Origin: Bacteroidales bacterium | GTDB taxonomy: Bacteria; Bacteroidota; Bacteroidia; Bacteroidales; F082 | NCBI GenBank assembly: GCA_017394865.1 | Contig: JAFPWT010000015.1 | Location: forward strand, 61,779 to 125,778 | Length of the DNA: 64,000 bases | Direction: 5' to 3' | Made by a program: the position numbers and the translations under genes | Notes under the pieces: model-generated | The model's database searches: none | What the model saw: only the letters and a program-made list of their open reading frames with translations | What the model was told of the DNA's origin: nothing | Shown: one piece after another, positions 47,137 through 57,202 of the stretch | Position numbering within the stretch: the stretch's first letter is position 1 | Layout: the number at the start of each line of letters is the position of its first letter

Positions 47137-48549
47137 ATGAAAAAGCTTTACAAGCTCATATTGAAATCGTTCCTCGGCAGCTTCGTCTTCACGTTTTTCA
47201 TCGTGATCTTCGTGCTGTTGATGCAGTTTCTGTGGGTTTACGTGGATGATCTGGTCGGCAAAGGGCTATCTTTCAAGATCATCATGGAACTATTCTTCCA
47301 TGCCTCAATCACCTTCGTGCCGATGGCTCTTCCCTTGGCCATCCTGTTGGCTTCCATCATGTGTTTCGGCGATTTGGGCGAGCATTACGAGCTGGTGGCC
47401 ATCAAAGCTTCCGGCGTCTCCGTTTGGACCGCCATGCGACCCTTGTTCATTTTCTCCATCCTGCTCAGCGCCATGGCTTTTGTCTTCTCCGACAGCGTGA
47501 AACCAGTGGCCATGCTGAAGTTTAAGACGCTCCTCTTCGATGTGAGGAGGCAGAAACTTGCCTTCGACATCAAGGAAGGTGTCTTTTACAAAGACATCGA
47601 GAATTACGTCATCTATGTCGACAAAAAAGGAAAAGACGGGAGTACCATCTACGGCGTGAAGATCTACGACCACACCGACCGTGACGGGAACAACAAGATC
47701 ATGGTGGCCGACTCGGGAAAAATGTCGCTGAGTCCCAACCAGCGGTGCATCATCTTCTCCCTATACAACGGGTATAACTACACGGAGGACAATTCCAACA
47801 AGCAGACGTTCAAGTTCAACCGGCCTTTTGAGCGGATGTCGTTCAAGGAGGAACATCTCAAGTTCAGTTTGGCAAGTTTCGACTTGACGCGGTCGAACGA
47901 AGACATGTATAAGTCGTATCAGGCGATGATGAACATCCAGCAGCTCACCACGGCACTCGATTCGCTGGAACAGCACTACGACACGAAACAGACGAGGTTC
48001 GCCCAAGGATTTCAACAACGGTTGGGTAATTACGAAAAAGCAAAAAATATAGATTTTAAATCAAACGTTGAGCCCCTCAACGAAGTCAAAAACGACACCC
48101 TCTCCCCTCCTGTGTTATCTCGCATCCCTTTAGAGTGGCCCCTGATCGATCATCTCGACCCACAGGTGAAACGCAGCGTGTTGGATGCGGCCACCGGCAA
48201 CTCACGCACTGCGAAGGAAAACGTGGCTTTCAACAGACAGGACCTTGGGGCGATGCGTCTTAACATCAAGAAACACCGACTGGAGTTGCATAAGAAGTTC
48301 ACCCTCAGTTTCGCCTGTATCATCTTCTTCCTCATCGGCGCCCCGCTCGGCACCATCATCCGGAAGGGAGGACTCGGACTACCCGTGGTGATTTCCGTGC
48401 TGTTCTTTGTCATCTACTATATCATCTCCACCGTGGCGGAACGCATGGCCGAGTTTGGCGATATGAACCTGTTCCTGGGCGTATGGCTGTCATCCATCGT
48501 CATTTTGCCCGTCGGTCTCTTCCTCACTTTCAAAGCAACGAAAAACTAA
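47137..48549 (+). CDS. LptF/LptG family permease
   Basis: 470 aa with YjgP/YjgQ topology: 3 TM segments, a large periplasmic domain, then 3 TM segments. Confidence 0.75.
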   Translation: MKKLYKLILKSFLGSFVFTFFIVIFVLLMQFLWVYVDDLVGKGLSFKIIMELFFHASITFVPMALPLAILLASIMCFGDLGEHYELVAIKASGVSVWTAMRPLFIFSILLSAMAFVFSDSVKPVAMLKFKTLLFDVRRQKLAFDIKEGVFYKDIENYVIYVDKKGKDGSTIYGVKIYDHTDRDGNNKIMVADSGKMSLSPNQRCIIFSLYNGYNYTEDNSNKQTFKFNRPFERMSFKEEHLKFSLASFDLTRSNEDMYKSYQAMMNIQQLTTALDSLEQHYDTKQTRFAQGFQQRLGNYEKAKNIDFKSNVEPLNEVKNDTLSPPVLSRIPLEWPLIDHLDPQVKRSVLDAATGNSRTAKENVAFNRQDLGAMRLNIKKHRLELHKKFTLSFACIIFFLIGAPLGTIIRKGGLGLPVVISVLFFVIYYIISTVAERMAEFGDMNLFLGVWLSSIVILPVGLFLTFKATKN

Positions 48550-48554
48550 GAACC

Positions 48555-49772
48555 ATGAAGATACTCCTCCTCTGCAATAAGTCACCCTACCCTGCCCTAG
48601 AAGGCGGCCCGATGGCCATGAACAGCATCGTCACCGGCCTGCTCGAAGCGGGACACAAGGTCAAGATACTGGCAGTCAACAGCAAGAAATACAACGTCAC
48701 TGCCAACGACATTCCCGAGAATTATAAGCAAAAGACCGGCATCGAACTCATTGATGTCGACTTACGTGTCAAGCCCGCCCAAGCTTTCAAGAATCTCTTT
48801 TCCAAGAAGTCGTATCACGTAGAGCGTTTCATCTCGAAAGAATTCACCGACCGCCTCATCGAAGTGCTGAAAGAAGATACTTACGATGTAGTGCAATTGG
48901 AGACCCTGTTCATGACGCCGTATGTGGAAACGATCCGTAAGAACTCGAAAGCCATGATCGTGCTGCGCGCGCACAACGTGGAGCATCTCATCTGGGAGCG
49001 CATCGCCAAGGGTACCAAGTTTTTCTTAAAACGCGCCTATATCAAGCATCTGGCGAAGACGCTGAAGAACTACGAGCTTACCGCCATCAACCAAGTCGAT
49101 GGCATTGCCGCCATCACCCGCAAGGACGCCGCCTTCTTCCGTAAATACTGCGCCACCCCAACTATCGACATCCCCTTCGGCGTCTATCCCGAAGACTATA
49201 CACCGAGTTTCGAGGTCAACGAGAAGCCCAGTTTCTACCATATCGGATCGATGAACTGGATCCCCAACGAAGAGGGCATCCGTTGGTTTATCGACAACTG
49301 TATGGACGCCGTGGTGGCCAAGGTACCGGACTTCACTTTCCATCTGGCCGGAAGAAACATGCCCGAATGGCTCAAGGAGTTGAACGATCCCCATGTGGAT
49401 GTCATCGGCGAAGTGCCTGACGCCAAGGCGTTCGTCACCAGCCACAATGTCGCCATCGTACCCCTGCTCTCTGGCAGCGGCATCCGCATCAAGATCATCG
49501 AATCGATGGCGTTAGGAAAGACCGTCATCACCACGATGGTCGGCGCCGAAGGCATCCTATACGACGAAGATGCCAACATCATCATCGCCGAGAACAAAGC
49601 CAAAATGTCGGAAGCCATCCGCCGCATCAACGAGAACCCTGCCATGGCCGTGGAGATCGGGAAAGCAGCACGCAAACTCGTCGAAGAGGTCTACGACAAC
49701 CGCAAGCTCACCGAACGTCTGCTGCTCTTCTACAGCCAGATTAAACCCTCATCAAAAATCACCTTCGTCTGA
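48555..49772 (+). CDS. GT4 family glycosyltransferase
   Basis: MKILLLCNKSPYP...GGP N-terminus and a C-terminal E-x7-E-type region (IIESMALGKTVITT). I trimmed the start from 48483. Confidence 0.75.
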   Translation: MKILLLCNKSPYPALEGGPMAMNSIVTGLLEAGHKVKILAVNSKKYNVTANDIPENYKQKTGIELIDVDLRVKPAQAFKNLFSKKSYHVERFISKEFTDRLIEVLKEDTYDVVQLETLFMTPYVETIRKNSKAMIVLRAHNVEHLIWERIAKGTKFFLKRAYIKHLAKTLKNYELTAINQVDGIAAITRKDAAFFRKYCATPTIDIPFGVYPEDYTPSFEVNEKPSFYHIGSMNWIPNEEGIRWFIDNCMDAVVAKVPDFTFHLAGRNMPEWLKELNDPHVDVIGEVPDAKAFVTSHNVAIVPLLSGSGIRIKIIESMALGKTVITTMVGAEGILYDEDANIIIAENKAKMSEAIRRINENPAMAVEIGKAARKLVEEVYDNRKLTERLLLFYSQIKPSSKITFV

Positions 49773-49774
49773 CC

Positions 49775-50953
49775 ATGAAGATCTTTGTACTCTTACCCCG
49801 CATACCCTATCCGTTGGAAAAAGGCGACAAACTCAGAGCCTACAACCAAATCAAGCAACTCGCCAAGAACAACGAGATCGTGCTATGTGCCTTAAATGAC
49901 AAAAAAATCGACGAGCAAAAGGCTTTTCATGCGCTTCAGCCTTACTGTAGCTCCATCAACTTCATTAGGATCAGCAAGATACAGGTATTGATAGGGCTGG
50001 TCAGGGCCTTTTTCAAAGGATGGCCCATGCAATGCGGCTACTTTTACAACCGCAAGGCAGCTAAAAAGATCGACGCCTTGATTGCCAAACACAAACCCGA
50101 TATGTTGTTTGGACAGTTGGTCCGCGTGGCACAATACATTCGACACAAGGACATCCCAAAAGCTATTGATTATCAGGATGTCTTTTCATACGGCATCAAA
50201 CGTCGCCGCGACATCGCCGGTTTCCTTACGCGTCCCATCTTCAACATGGAATACAAGCGACTCTGCCGTTACGAAGCAGCGGTTTTCGACGAATTCGACG
50301 TGAAGACCATCATCAGCGAACCCGACCGCGACCTGATCCCACATCCGAAGAAAGATGAAATCCTGATTATCCCCAATGGCGTAGACCATGAGTACTTCAA
50401 GCCGCGGCAGGAAGAAAAAAAATATGACATCGTGTTCACGGGCAACATGAGTTATGCTCCCAACGTGAATGCCGTCGACTATCTGGCTAACGAGATCCTT
50501 CCCTTGGTCTGGAAGACCCTACCTGAAGCCAAGATGTACATCGCCGGCGCCACCCCCGACCCGAAGGTGAAGAAAGCCACCTGCGACCGCATCATCGTGA
50601 GCGGCTGGCTCGACGACATCCGCGACGCCTACGCCCAAAGCCGCGTGTTCATCGCCCCCATGCGTATTGGTACAGGCCTGCAAAACAAGTTATTGGAAGC
50701 CATGTCGATGGGTATCCCGGCAATTACGACTCCCCTGGCCAATGCCTCGCTCGGCGCCAAACCCGACGAGGAGATCCTGGTTGGCAACAACGCCGAGGAA
50801 CTGGCGCAACATATCATCACGCTGCTAACCGACACCCCGAAGGCCAATCAGATCGCACAAGCCGGTTTCGAGTTCACCAACCGCGTTTATGATTGGGGCA
50901 AGGCGACTGAGCAGATGGAGGAAGCGATGCGGAAAATGGCTTGTTTTGATTAA
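49775..50953 (+). CDS. GT4 family glycosyltransferase
   Basis: GT-B fold pattern with a C-terminal LLEAMSMGIPAITT motif. Confidence 0.75.
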   Translation: MKIFVLLPRIPYPLEKGDKLRAYNQIKQLAKNNEIVLCALNDKKIDEQKAFHALQPYCSSINFIRISKIQVLIGLVRAFFKGWPMQCGYFYNRKAAKKIDALIAKHKPDMLFGQLVRVAQYIRHKDIPKAIDYQDVFSYGIKRRRDIAGFLTRPIFNMEYKRLCRYEAAVFDEFDVKTIISEPDRDLIPHPKKDEILIIPNGVDHEYFKPRQEEKKYDIVFTGNMSYAPNVNAVDYLANEILPLVWKTLPEAKMYIAGATPDPKVKKATCDRIIVSGWLDDIRDAYAQSRVFIAPMRIGTGLQNKLLEAMSMGIPAITTPLANASLGAKPDEEILVGNNAEELAQHIITLLTDTPKANQIAQAGFEFTNRVYDWGKATEQMEEAMRKMACFD

Positions 50954-50998
50954 AAACTATGAAAAAATCAGAATTTTTGTGATTTTTTCATAGTTTTT
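50952..50998. terminator. 19-bp perfect inverted repeat with a 9-nt spacer (probable bidirectional terminator or operator)
   Basis: AAAAACTATGAAAAAATCA-GAATTTTTG-TGATTTTTTCATAGTTTTT, read directly. It starts at the stop of the GT4 gene and is followed by a T-run. Confidence 0.5.
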
Positions 50999-51001
50999 GA
51001 T

Positions 51002-51009
51002 TATTTTTG
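51002..51009 (+). promoter_or_regulatory. -7 promoter box (TATTTTTG)
   Basis: TAnnTTTG match 21 nt upstream of the ATG at 51030. Confidence 0.45.
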
Positions 51010-51029
51010 CCCCGCAAAACAGCTTTGTT

Positions 51030-52370
51030 ATGAAAAGAAAAATCATTGAGCAACTTCTTGCGTGGAAAAATAGGCCCGACCACAAACCGCTCATTCTGAA
51101 TGGCGCCCGACAGGTGGGAAAAACCTATATACTGGAGGAATTTGGGAAACAATACTACAAGAATTACATCCGAATCAGTCTGGATTTGGTTCCTAATGTC
51201 AGGGAGTTCTTGAGTAAGACCATTGAGCCATTGGAGATTATTGCTTACATTGAATCGATGTATGACATCAGAATTCTTCCGCATGAAACATTGGTGATTC
51301 TCGATGAAATCCAGGACTGCAAACGTGCGTTGCTTGCTTTGAAATACTTCAGGGAAGACCATCCCGAATACGACATCGCTGCAGCGGGGAGCCTGCTGGG
51401 CATCGCTATTAATAAAGGAGAAAAGAAAGACGAGAATCAACAGGAAAACGAGGAGCCCTTCTCCTACCCTGTCGGAAAAGTGGACGAGCTGAACCTGTAT
51501 CCTATGGATTTTGAGGAGTTCCTATGGGCGATGGATCATCACATTCTTGCCGAAACCATCAAGGAACATTACCAAAACGACGCACCCATGTCCGAATCGG
51601 TGCATGCCTTGGCATTGGACCTCTATCAAAAATATTTGATTGTTGGTGGCATGCCGGAAAGCGTTTCAAAATATGTCGAGACTCACAGCTATCTTGAATC
51701 CAGGATAGTCCAACAATCCATACTTACAGGCTATAACACCGACATGGGGAAATATGCCAAGCCTTCCACCACGGTGAAGATCAGGGCTTGTTACAACTCC
51801 ATCCCTGCGCAACTCGCCAAGGAGAACCGAAAATTCCAATACAAGCTGGCCCAAAAAGGTGGTACGGCAGCTGTGTTTGGCGAAGCCATCGAATGGTTGC
51901 TACAGGCAGGCATCACGCTCCGCTGTAAACTGATTTCGCACGGTTTCATCCCCATCTCTACTCAGGAAGATGACAGCGATTTCAAGATCTATATGCACGA
52001 TGTGGGATTGCTGAACACCAAAGCGGACATCCCTGTGCAGATGTTGTTGTCGTCCATCGAAAGCGACAACACATTCTTGGGCTCAGTGGCTGAGAATTAC
52101 GTGGGACAAGCGTTGACTGCCAACGGCGTTGCATTGCGTTACTGGAAAAACGGGAACACTGGCGAGGTGGACTTCGTCATCCAAAACGGTATGGAGGTTG
52201 TCCCTGTCGAAGTAAAGAAAGGCAGGAAGGTAAAGGCCATCAGCATGAACGACTTCAAGAAGAAATACGACTGTTCCGTAGGTTACCGTATCTCCAGCAA
52301 GAACTTTGGCTTTGCCAATGGGATCAAGTCCATACCGTTGTATGCAGTTTTTTGTATTAGTAATATGTAA
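51030..52370 (+). CDS. AAA-family ATPase with a DUF4143-type C-terminal domain
   Basis: LILNGARQVGKTYIL P-loop and LVILDEIQ Walker B. I trimmed the start from 50997. Confidence 0.75.
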   Translation: MKRKIIEQLLAWKNRPDHKPLILNGARQVGKTYILEEFGKQYYKNYIRISLDLVPNVREFLSKTIEPLEIIAYIESMYDIRILPHETLVILDEIQDCKRALLALKYFREDHPEYDIAAAGSLLGIAINKGEKKDENQQENEEPFSYPVGKVDELNLYPMDFEEFLWAMDHHILAETIKEHYQNDAPMSESVHALALDLYQKYLIVGGMPESVSKYVETHSYLESRIVQQSILTGYNTDMGKYAKPSTTVKIRACYNSIPAQLAKENRKFQYKLAQKGGTAAVFGEAIEWLLQAGITLRCKLISHGFIPISTQEDDSDFKIYMHDVGLLNTKADIPVQMLLSSIESDNTFLGSVAENYVGQALTANGVALRYWKNGNTGEVDFVIQNGMEVVPVEVKKGRKVKAISMNDFKKKYDCSVGYRISSKNFGFANGIKSIPLYAVFCISNM

Positions 52371-52562
52371 GCATCAAGCCTGAACCCGAGAAGATGGCGA
52401 CGGAGCGAGGGAAGGAAATGACGAGGAAGCGCAAAATGTAGAGAGATTTGCAGGCCCTTTGTTTTCACCGCAAAGATATAACATCCAAATAAAATGCGTT
52501 CCTTGGTTCACCTTTTTTCAAATATTTTGTAACTTCGCACCCATATTGAAACAATTACCAAT

Positions 52563-54239
52563 ATGGCACAACCTGACGACAAAAAAATCATCTTCTCGAT
52601 GGTGGGTGTGAGCAAAATCATCCCGCCTTCAAGACAAATATTGAAAGACATTTACCTCTCCTTCTTCTATGGCGCCAAAATCGGCATCATCGGTCTGAAT
52701 GGAGCGGGTAAGTCCACCCTGCTGCGCATCATTGCAGGCAAAGAAAAATCCTACAACGGCGAAGTGGTCTTCTCGCCCGGCTACTCCATCGGAATGCTTG
52801 ACCAGGAGCCGCAATTGGACGATAACAAGACCGTCCGCCAAGTGGTGGAAGAAGGTGTGCAGGAAATCGTCGACATCCTCAAGGAATACGAGGAAATCAA
52901 CAATAAGTTCGCGGAACCTGATGCTGACTTCGACAAACTGATTGCCCGTCAGGGTGAGCTCACCGAACTCATCGAGCAGCACGACGCTTGGGAGCTCGAC
53001 AGCAAACTGGAGCGCGCCATGGACGCCCTCAACTGCCCCGAAGGCGACACCCCTGTGAAGAACCTCTCGGGAGGCGAGCGCCGCCGTGTGGCCCTCTGCC
53101 GCCTGCTCCTGCAAGAACCCGACATCCTGCTTTTGGATGAGCCCACCAACCACCTCGATGCCGAGAGCATCCAATGGCTAGAGAGCCATCTGCAGCAATA
53201 CAAGGGCACTGTCATAGCCGTCACCCACGACCGTTATTTCCTCGACCATGTGGCTGGCTGGATCCTCGAACTCGACCGCGGCGAAGGCATCCCGTGGAAG
53301 GGCAACTATTCCTCTTGGCTCGACCAGAAGACTGCCCGCCTCGCCATGGAGGAAAAGACCGAGAGCAAGCGCCGCAAGACCCTCGAAAGAGAGCTGGAAT
53401 GGGTACGCATGGCCCCGAAAGCACGTCACGCAAAAGGTAAAGCCCGTTTGGAATCCTACGAGAGGATGCTTAACGAGGACGTGAAGGAGAAAGAAGAGAA
53501 GCTCGAGATTTACATCCCCAACGGCGACCGACTCGGTGCAAAGGTCATTGAGGCACACGACGTCACCAAGGCCTACGGTGACAAGCTATTGTTCGAAAAC
53601 CTCAACTTCAGCCTGCCACAAGGCGGCATCGTGGGCGTGATTGGTCCCAACGGCGCAGGCAAGACGACCTTGTTCCGCCTCATCATGGGATTAGAGAAAC
53701 CCGACTCCGGCACCTTTGAGGTCGGAGAGACCGTAAAGATCGGCTATGTGGACCAACAACATGCCGACATCGACCCGGAAAAGACCGTTTGGGAGGTTAT
53801 CAGCGGTGGCAACGAACTGATTCAATTGGGCAAACGCAGCATGAACTCTAGAGCTTACGTCTCGCGTTTCAACTTCGGTGGTAACGACCAGCAGAAGAAA
53901 GCTGGTGTGCTGTCAGGCGGCGAGCGCAACCGCATGCATTTGGCCCTCACGCTGAAACAAGAAGCCAACGTGCTACTCTTGGACGAGCCCACCAACGACA
54001 TCGACGTAAACACCCTCCGCGCCTTGGAGGAAGGCTTGGAAAACTTCGCCGGTTGTGCCGTCATCATCAGCCACGACCGCTGGTTCCTCGACCGCGTGGC
54101 CACTCACATCCTCGCTTTCGAAGGCAACTCACAGGTCTACTTTTTCGAAGGCTCCTACTCCGAGTATGAAGAGAACAAGCTGAAACGCCTCGGCAACATA
54201 GAACCCAAACGGTTCAGGTACAAGAAATTAAAAGAATAA
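52563..54239 (+). CDS. ettA: ABC-F translational throttle protein EttA
   Basis: Two ABC cassettes (GLNGAGKST / [11 protein letters not shown] and GPNGAGKTT / LSGGERNRMHL); 558 aa. Confidence 0.88.
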   Translation: MAQPDDKKIIFSMVGVSKIIPPSRQILKDIYLSFFYGAKIGIIGLNGAGKSTLLRIIAGKEKSYNGEVVFSPGYSIGMLDQEPQLDDNKTVRQVVEEGVQEIVDILKEYEEINNKFAEPDADFDKLIARQGELTELIEQHDAWELDSKLERAMDALNCPEGDTPVKNLSGGERRRVALCRLLLQEPDILLLDEPTNHLDAESIQWLESHLQQYKGTVIAVTHDRYFLDHVAGWILELDRGEGIPWKGNYSSWLDQKTARLAMEEKTESKRRKTLERELEWVRMAPKARHAKGKARLESYERMLNEDVKEKEEKLEIYIPNGDRLGAKVIEAHDVTKAYGDKLLFENLNFSLPQGGIVGVIGPNGAGKTTLFRLIMGLEKPDSGTFEVGETVKIGYVDQQHADIDPEKTVWEVISGGNELIQLGKRSMNSRAYVSRFNFGGNDQQKKAGVLSGGERNRMHLALTLKQEANVLLLDEPTNDIDVNTLRALEEGLENFAGCAVIISHDRWFLDRVATHILAFEGNSQVYFFEGSYSEYEENKLKRLGNIEPKRFRYKKLKE

Positions 54240-54267
54240 TTCCATAACAAACCCAACAACTAGTACC

Positions 54268-54579
54268 ATGAACAAACAATTAGCACCTACGGCCATCGCC
54301 TCTATGGTATGTGGTATTTTATCCATCAACTTCAGCCTGCTGGTTATTCCAGGTTTCATTTTATCTGCCATCGGCAAGAGCAAGGCAAACGAAGGCTACG
54401 ATGTCCTTCTCGCCCACCCCGATGAATATACGGGAGAGGGGTTTCTCAAGGCCGGTTCTATCACTTCAAAGGTAGGACTAATCCTTAGTTTTGTCGGCAT
54501 TCTATACTGGATATTCTATTTTGTCTTGATATTCAAGATGACGGAAACAGCCTATCATTCTTATCCCTACTACTACTAA
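54268..54579 (+). CDS. small membrane protein
   Basis: 103 aa with two hydrophobic segments. No motif recognised. Confidence 0.45.
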   Translation: MNKQLAPTAIASMVCGILSINFSLLVIPGFILSAIGKSKANEGYDVLLAHPDEYTGEGFLKAGSITSKVGLILSFVGILYWIFYFVLIFKMTETAYHSYPYYY

Positions 54580-54905
54580 TTATTAGCCTTTATAAACCGA
54601 TTATTCACTGAATCCATCATCCGTTCCAATATGGACGGATGATGGGTGTAATAATTCATATTCTCCTCGAAGATGGTATCGGTGATGCCATAATGCTCGA
54701 ACAATTGATTGTAAAAATCAACCTGCCGCTCAGACACGTCACCGCCTGCCGATTTCATCAGATTCAAGCGGGCTTCCAGCAGATAAGCATCGGTAAGGAT
54801 ATCAATCATCTGAGACTCTTCGATAAACACCTCGGGACGCTTGTCGCTTGAGCATGACGACAAGGCCAACAATGCCATTACGGCTATACAAAAAAGTTTT
54901 CTCAT
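54576..54905 (-). CDS. DUF4296-like lipoprotein
   Basis: Lipobox LLALSSC and MIDILTDAYLLEARL. Confidence 0.5.
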   Translation of the reverse strand: MRKLFCIAVMALLALSSCSSDKRPEVFIEESQMIDILTDAYLLEARLNLMKSAGGDVSERQVDFYNQLFEHYGITDTIFEENMNYYTHHPSILERMMDSVNNRFIKANN

Positions 54906-54912
54906 CGCGACA

Positions 54913-57117
54913 TCAGTTTCCGACTTCCGACATGAACTTGATGCGCATCAGGCGGACTTCCTCTTCGCTATATTCATCTTCGCCCAACTCACGCAACGCT
55001 TGCTGCACATCATCCGACTCAGCCTCGTGGAAGTAATCGAGGATATCCTCTTGATGATAGATGTCGATATTCTCCTCAATGTAATAGTTGAGGTCGAGAC
55101 GCGTGCCACTGGAGACGATGCTCTCAATCTCCGACAGCAGTTCGTCGAACGACAGACCCTTGCCATAGGCGATGTCCTCCAGCGGGATGCGCTTGTCGAT
55201 ATTCTGGATGATACCGATCTTAAGAGCCGACTTGTTGACCACCGACTTCACCACCATGTCGTTGGGACGGGTGATGTCGTTCTCCTCAACATATTCCTTG
55301 ATGAGCTTGATAAACGGCTCGCCGAATTTCTCTGCCTTGCCTGCGCCCACGCCCGCGATCTGGGTCATCTCCTCCTTGGTGATGGGGTATTGGATGGCCA
55401 TATCCTCGAGCGAAGGATCCTGGAAGATGACGAAAGGCGGCAGACCATTCTGTTTGGCGATGGTCTTACGTAAGTCTTTGAGCATGGTGAACAAGGTGCG
55501 GTCAGTACCACTGTCCTTGCTCATGCCCATCGCCATGGCTTCGGCTTCTTCATCATCGCTGGCATCATAGTCATGGTCTTTAACCAGCATAATGGCATAA
55601 GGCTTCTTGATAAAGTCCCTACCCTCTTTGGTGATCTTAAGGATGCCGTAGTTCTCGATGTCCTTGCTCAGCAGTTTGTGCACCAAGGCTTGGCGGATGA
55701 TGGCGGTCCAGTATTTCTCGTCGTGATCGCCGCCGGCACCGAAGAATTCGTTGTTTTCCTGCTTGGCCGCCTTGATATCACCAGTGAGTTTGCCCACCAG
55801 CAATTCGGCGATATGTTTGGTCTTAAAGAGCTGCTTGGTCTCAAGCACGGCCTCGAGCACCATCTTCATATCTTCCTTGCCGTCGAACTTCTCTTTGGGA
55901 TAGCGGCAGTTGTCGCATGATCCGCAATTGTCTTTCTCATATTCCTCACCGAAGTAATGGAGCAGCAGACGGTGGCGGCACACGGCCGACTCGGCATAGG
56001 TCACCGTCTCGTTCAACAGTTCACGGGCAATCTCCTGTTCGGCGACATTCTTGCCTTTGTTGAATTTCTCCAGCTTATGGATATCTTCATAATCATAGAA
56101 CGCAATGCAGTTGCCTTCGCCGCCGTCGCGACCAGCACGACCTGTTTCCTGGTAATAGCCTTCGAGGCTCTTGGGGATGTCATGGTGGATGACAAAGCGG
56201 ACGTCGGGTTTGTCGATGCCCATGCCGAAGGCGATGGTAGCCACGATGACATCCACTTCCTCCATGAGGAACTTATCTTGGTTTTCCTTACGCGTCTGGC
56301 TGTCGAGTCCGGCATGGTACGGCAACGCCTTGATGCCGTTCACCACGAGGGTCTCGGCCAGTTCTTCCACTTTTTTACGGCTGAGGCAGTACACAATGCC
56401 CGACTTGCCTGGGTTTTGCTTGATGTATTTGATGATGTCCTTGATGACATCTTTGGTCTTCGGGCGGACTTCATAGTATAAGTTGGGACGGTCGAACGAC
56501 GATTTGAAGACTTTGGCGTCCATGATCTCGAGGTTCTTCATGATGTCCTGCTGCACCTTGACGGTAGCGGTGGCGGTGAGGGCGATGACCGGCAGTTTCT
56601 TCCCTATGGCGTTGATGATGGGACGCAGCCGACGATATTCCGGACGGAAATCGTGTCCCCATTCGGAGATGCAGTGCGCCTCGTCGATAGCCACGAATGA
56701 GATCTTCAAGGTACGAAGGAACTCTACTGTTTCCTCTTTTGTCAACGACTCGGGAGCCACATACAGCATCTTGGTCTTGCCGCTCTTCAGGTCTTCCTTC
56801 ACTTCCAGAAGCTCCGCCTTCGACAGAGACGAGTTCATCACGTGGGCGATGCCGAGTTCGGTGCCGAAGTTACGGATCATGTCCACCTGATTCTTCATCA
56901 GGGCGATGAGGGGTGAGACCACGATGGCAGTGCCCGGTTTCATCAGAGCAGGTAACTGGTAGCACAATGACTTACCGCCGCCAGTGGGCATCAGCACAAA
57001 AGTGTTACACCCGTCAAGAACGCTCTTGATGATCTCCTCTTGGTTTCCCTTGAACTGATCGAATCCAAAAACCTCTTTCAGTAACTTATGAATTGATGTC
57101 TCAACTTTTTTTGCCAT
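54913..57117 (-). CDS. recQ: ATP-dependent DNA helicase RecQ
   Basis: MPTGGGKSLCYQ, DEAHCISEWGHDFRPEY, a zinc-binding CxxC cluster and a C-terminal HRDC region; 734 aa. Confidence 0.92.
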   Translation of the reverse strand: MAKKVETSIHKLLKEVFGFDQFKGNQEEIIKSVLDGCNTFVLMPTGGGKSLCYQLPALMKPGTAIVVSPLIALMKNQVDMIRNFGTELGIAHVMNSSLSKAELLEVKEDLKSGKTKMLYVAPESLTKEETVEFLRTLKISFVAIDEAHCISEWGHDFRPEYRRLRPIINAIGKKLPVIALTATATVKVQQDIMKNLEIMDAKVFKSSFDRPNLYYEVRPKTKDVIKDIIKYIKQNPGKSGIVYCLSRKKVEELAETLVVNGIKALPYHAGLDSQTRKENQDKFLMEEVDVIVATIAFGMGIDKPDVRFVIHHDIPKSLEGYYQETGRAGRDGGEGNCIAFYDYEDIHKLEKFNKGKNVAEQEIARELLNETVTYAESAVCRHRLLLHYFGEEYEKDNCGSCDNCRYPKEKFDGKEDMKMVLEAVLETKQLFKTKHIAELLVGKLTGDIKAAKQENNEFFGAGGDHDEKYWTAIIRQALVHKLLSKDIENYGILKITKEGRDFIKKPYAIMLVKDHDYDASDDEEAEAMAMGMSKDSGTDRTLFTMLKDLRKTIAKQNGLPPFVIFQDPSLEDMAIQYPITKEEMTQIAGVGAGKAEKFGEPFIKLIKEYVEENDITRPNDMVVKSVVNKSALKIGIIQNIDKRIPLEDIAYGKGLSFDELLSEIESIVSSGTRLDLNYYIEENIDIYHQEDILDYFHEAESDDVQQALRELGEDEYSEEEVRLMRIKFMSEVGN

Positions 57118-57153
57118 ATTTGCAATCTCAAACGGATTTGTTCGTTACTCTTA

Positions 57154-57161
57154 CAAAGTTA
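57154..57161 (-). promoter_or_regulatory. -7 promoter box (TAACTTTG on the minus strand)
   Basis: CAAAGTTA on the plus strand, 37 nt upstream of the recQ start. Confidence 0.4.
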
Positions 57162-57202
57162 TAATAAAATATCGGTACAAAGCAAGAAAAAAAAGAAAAA
57201 AA

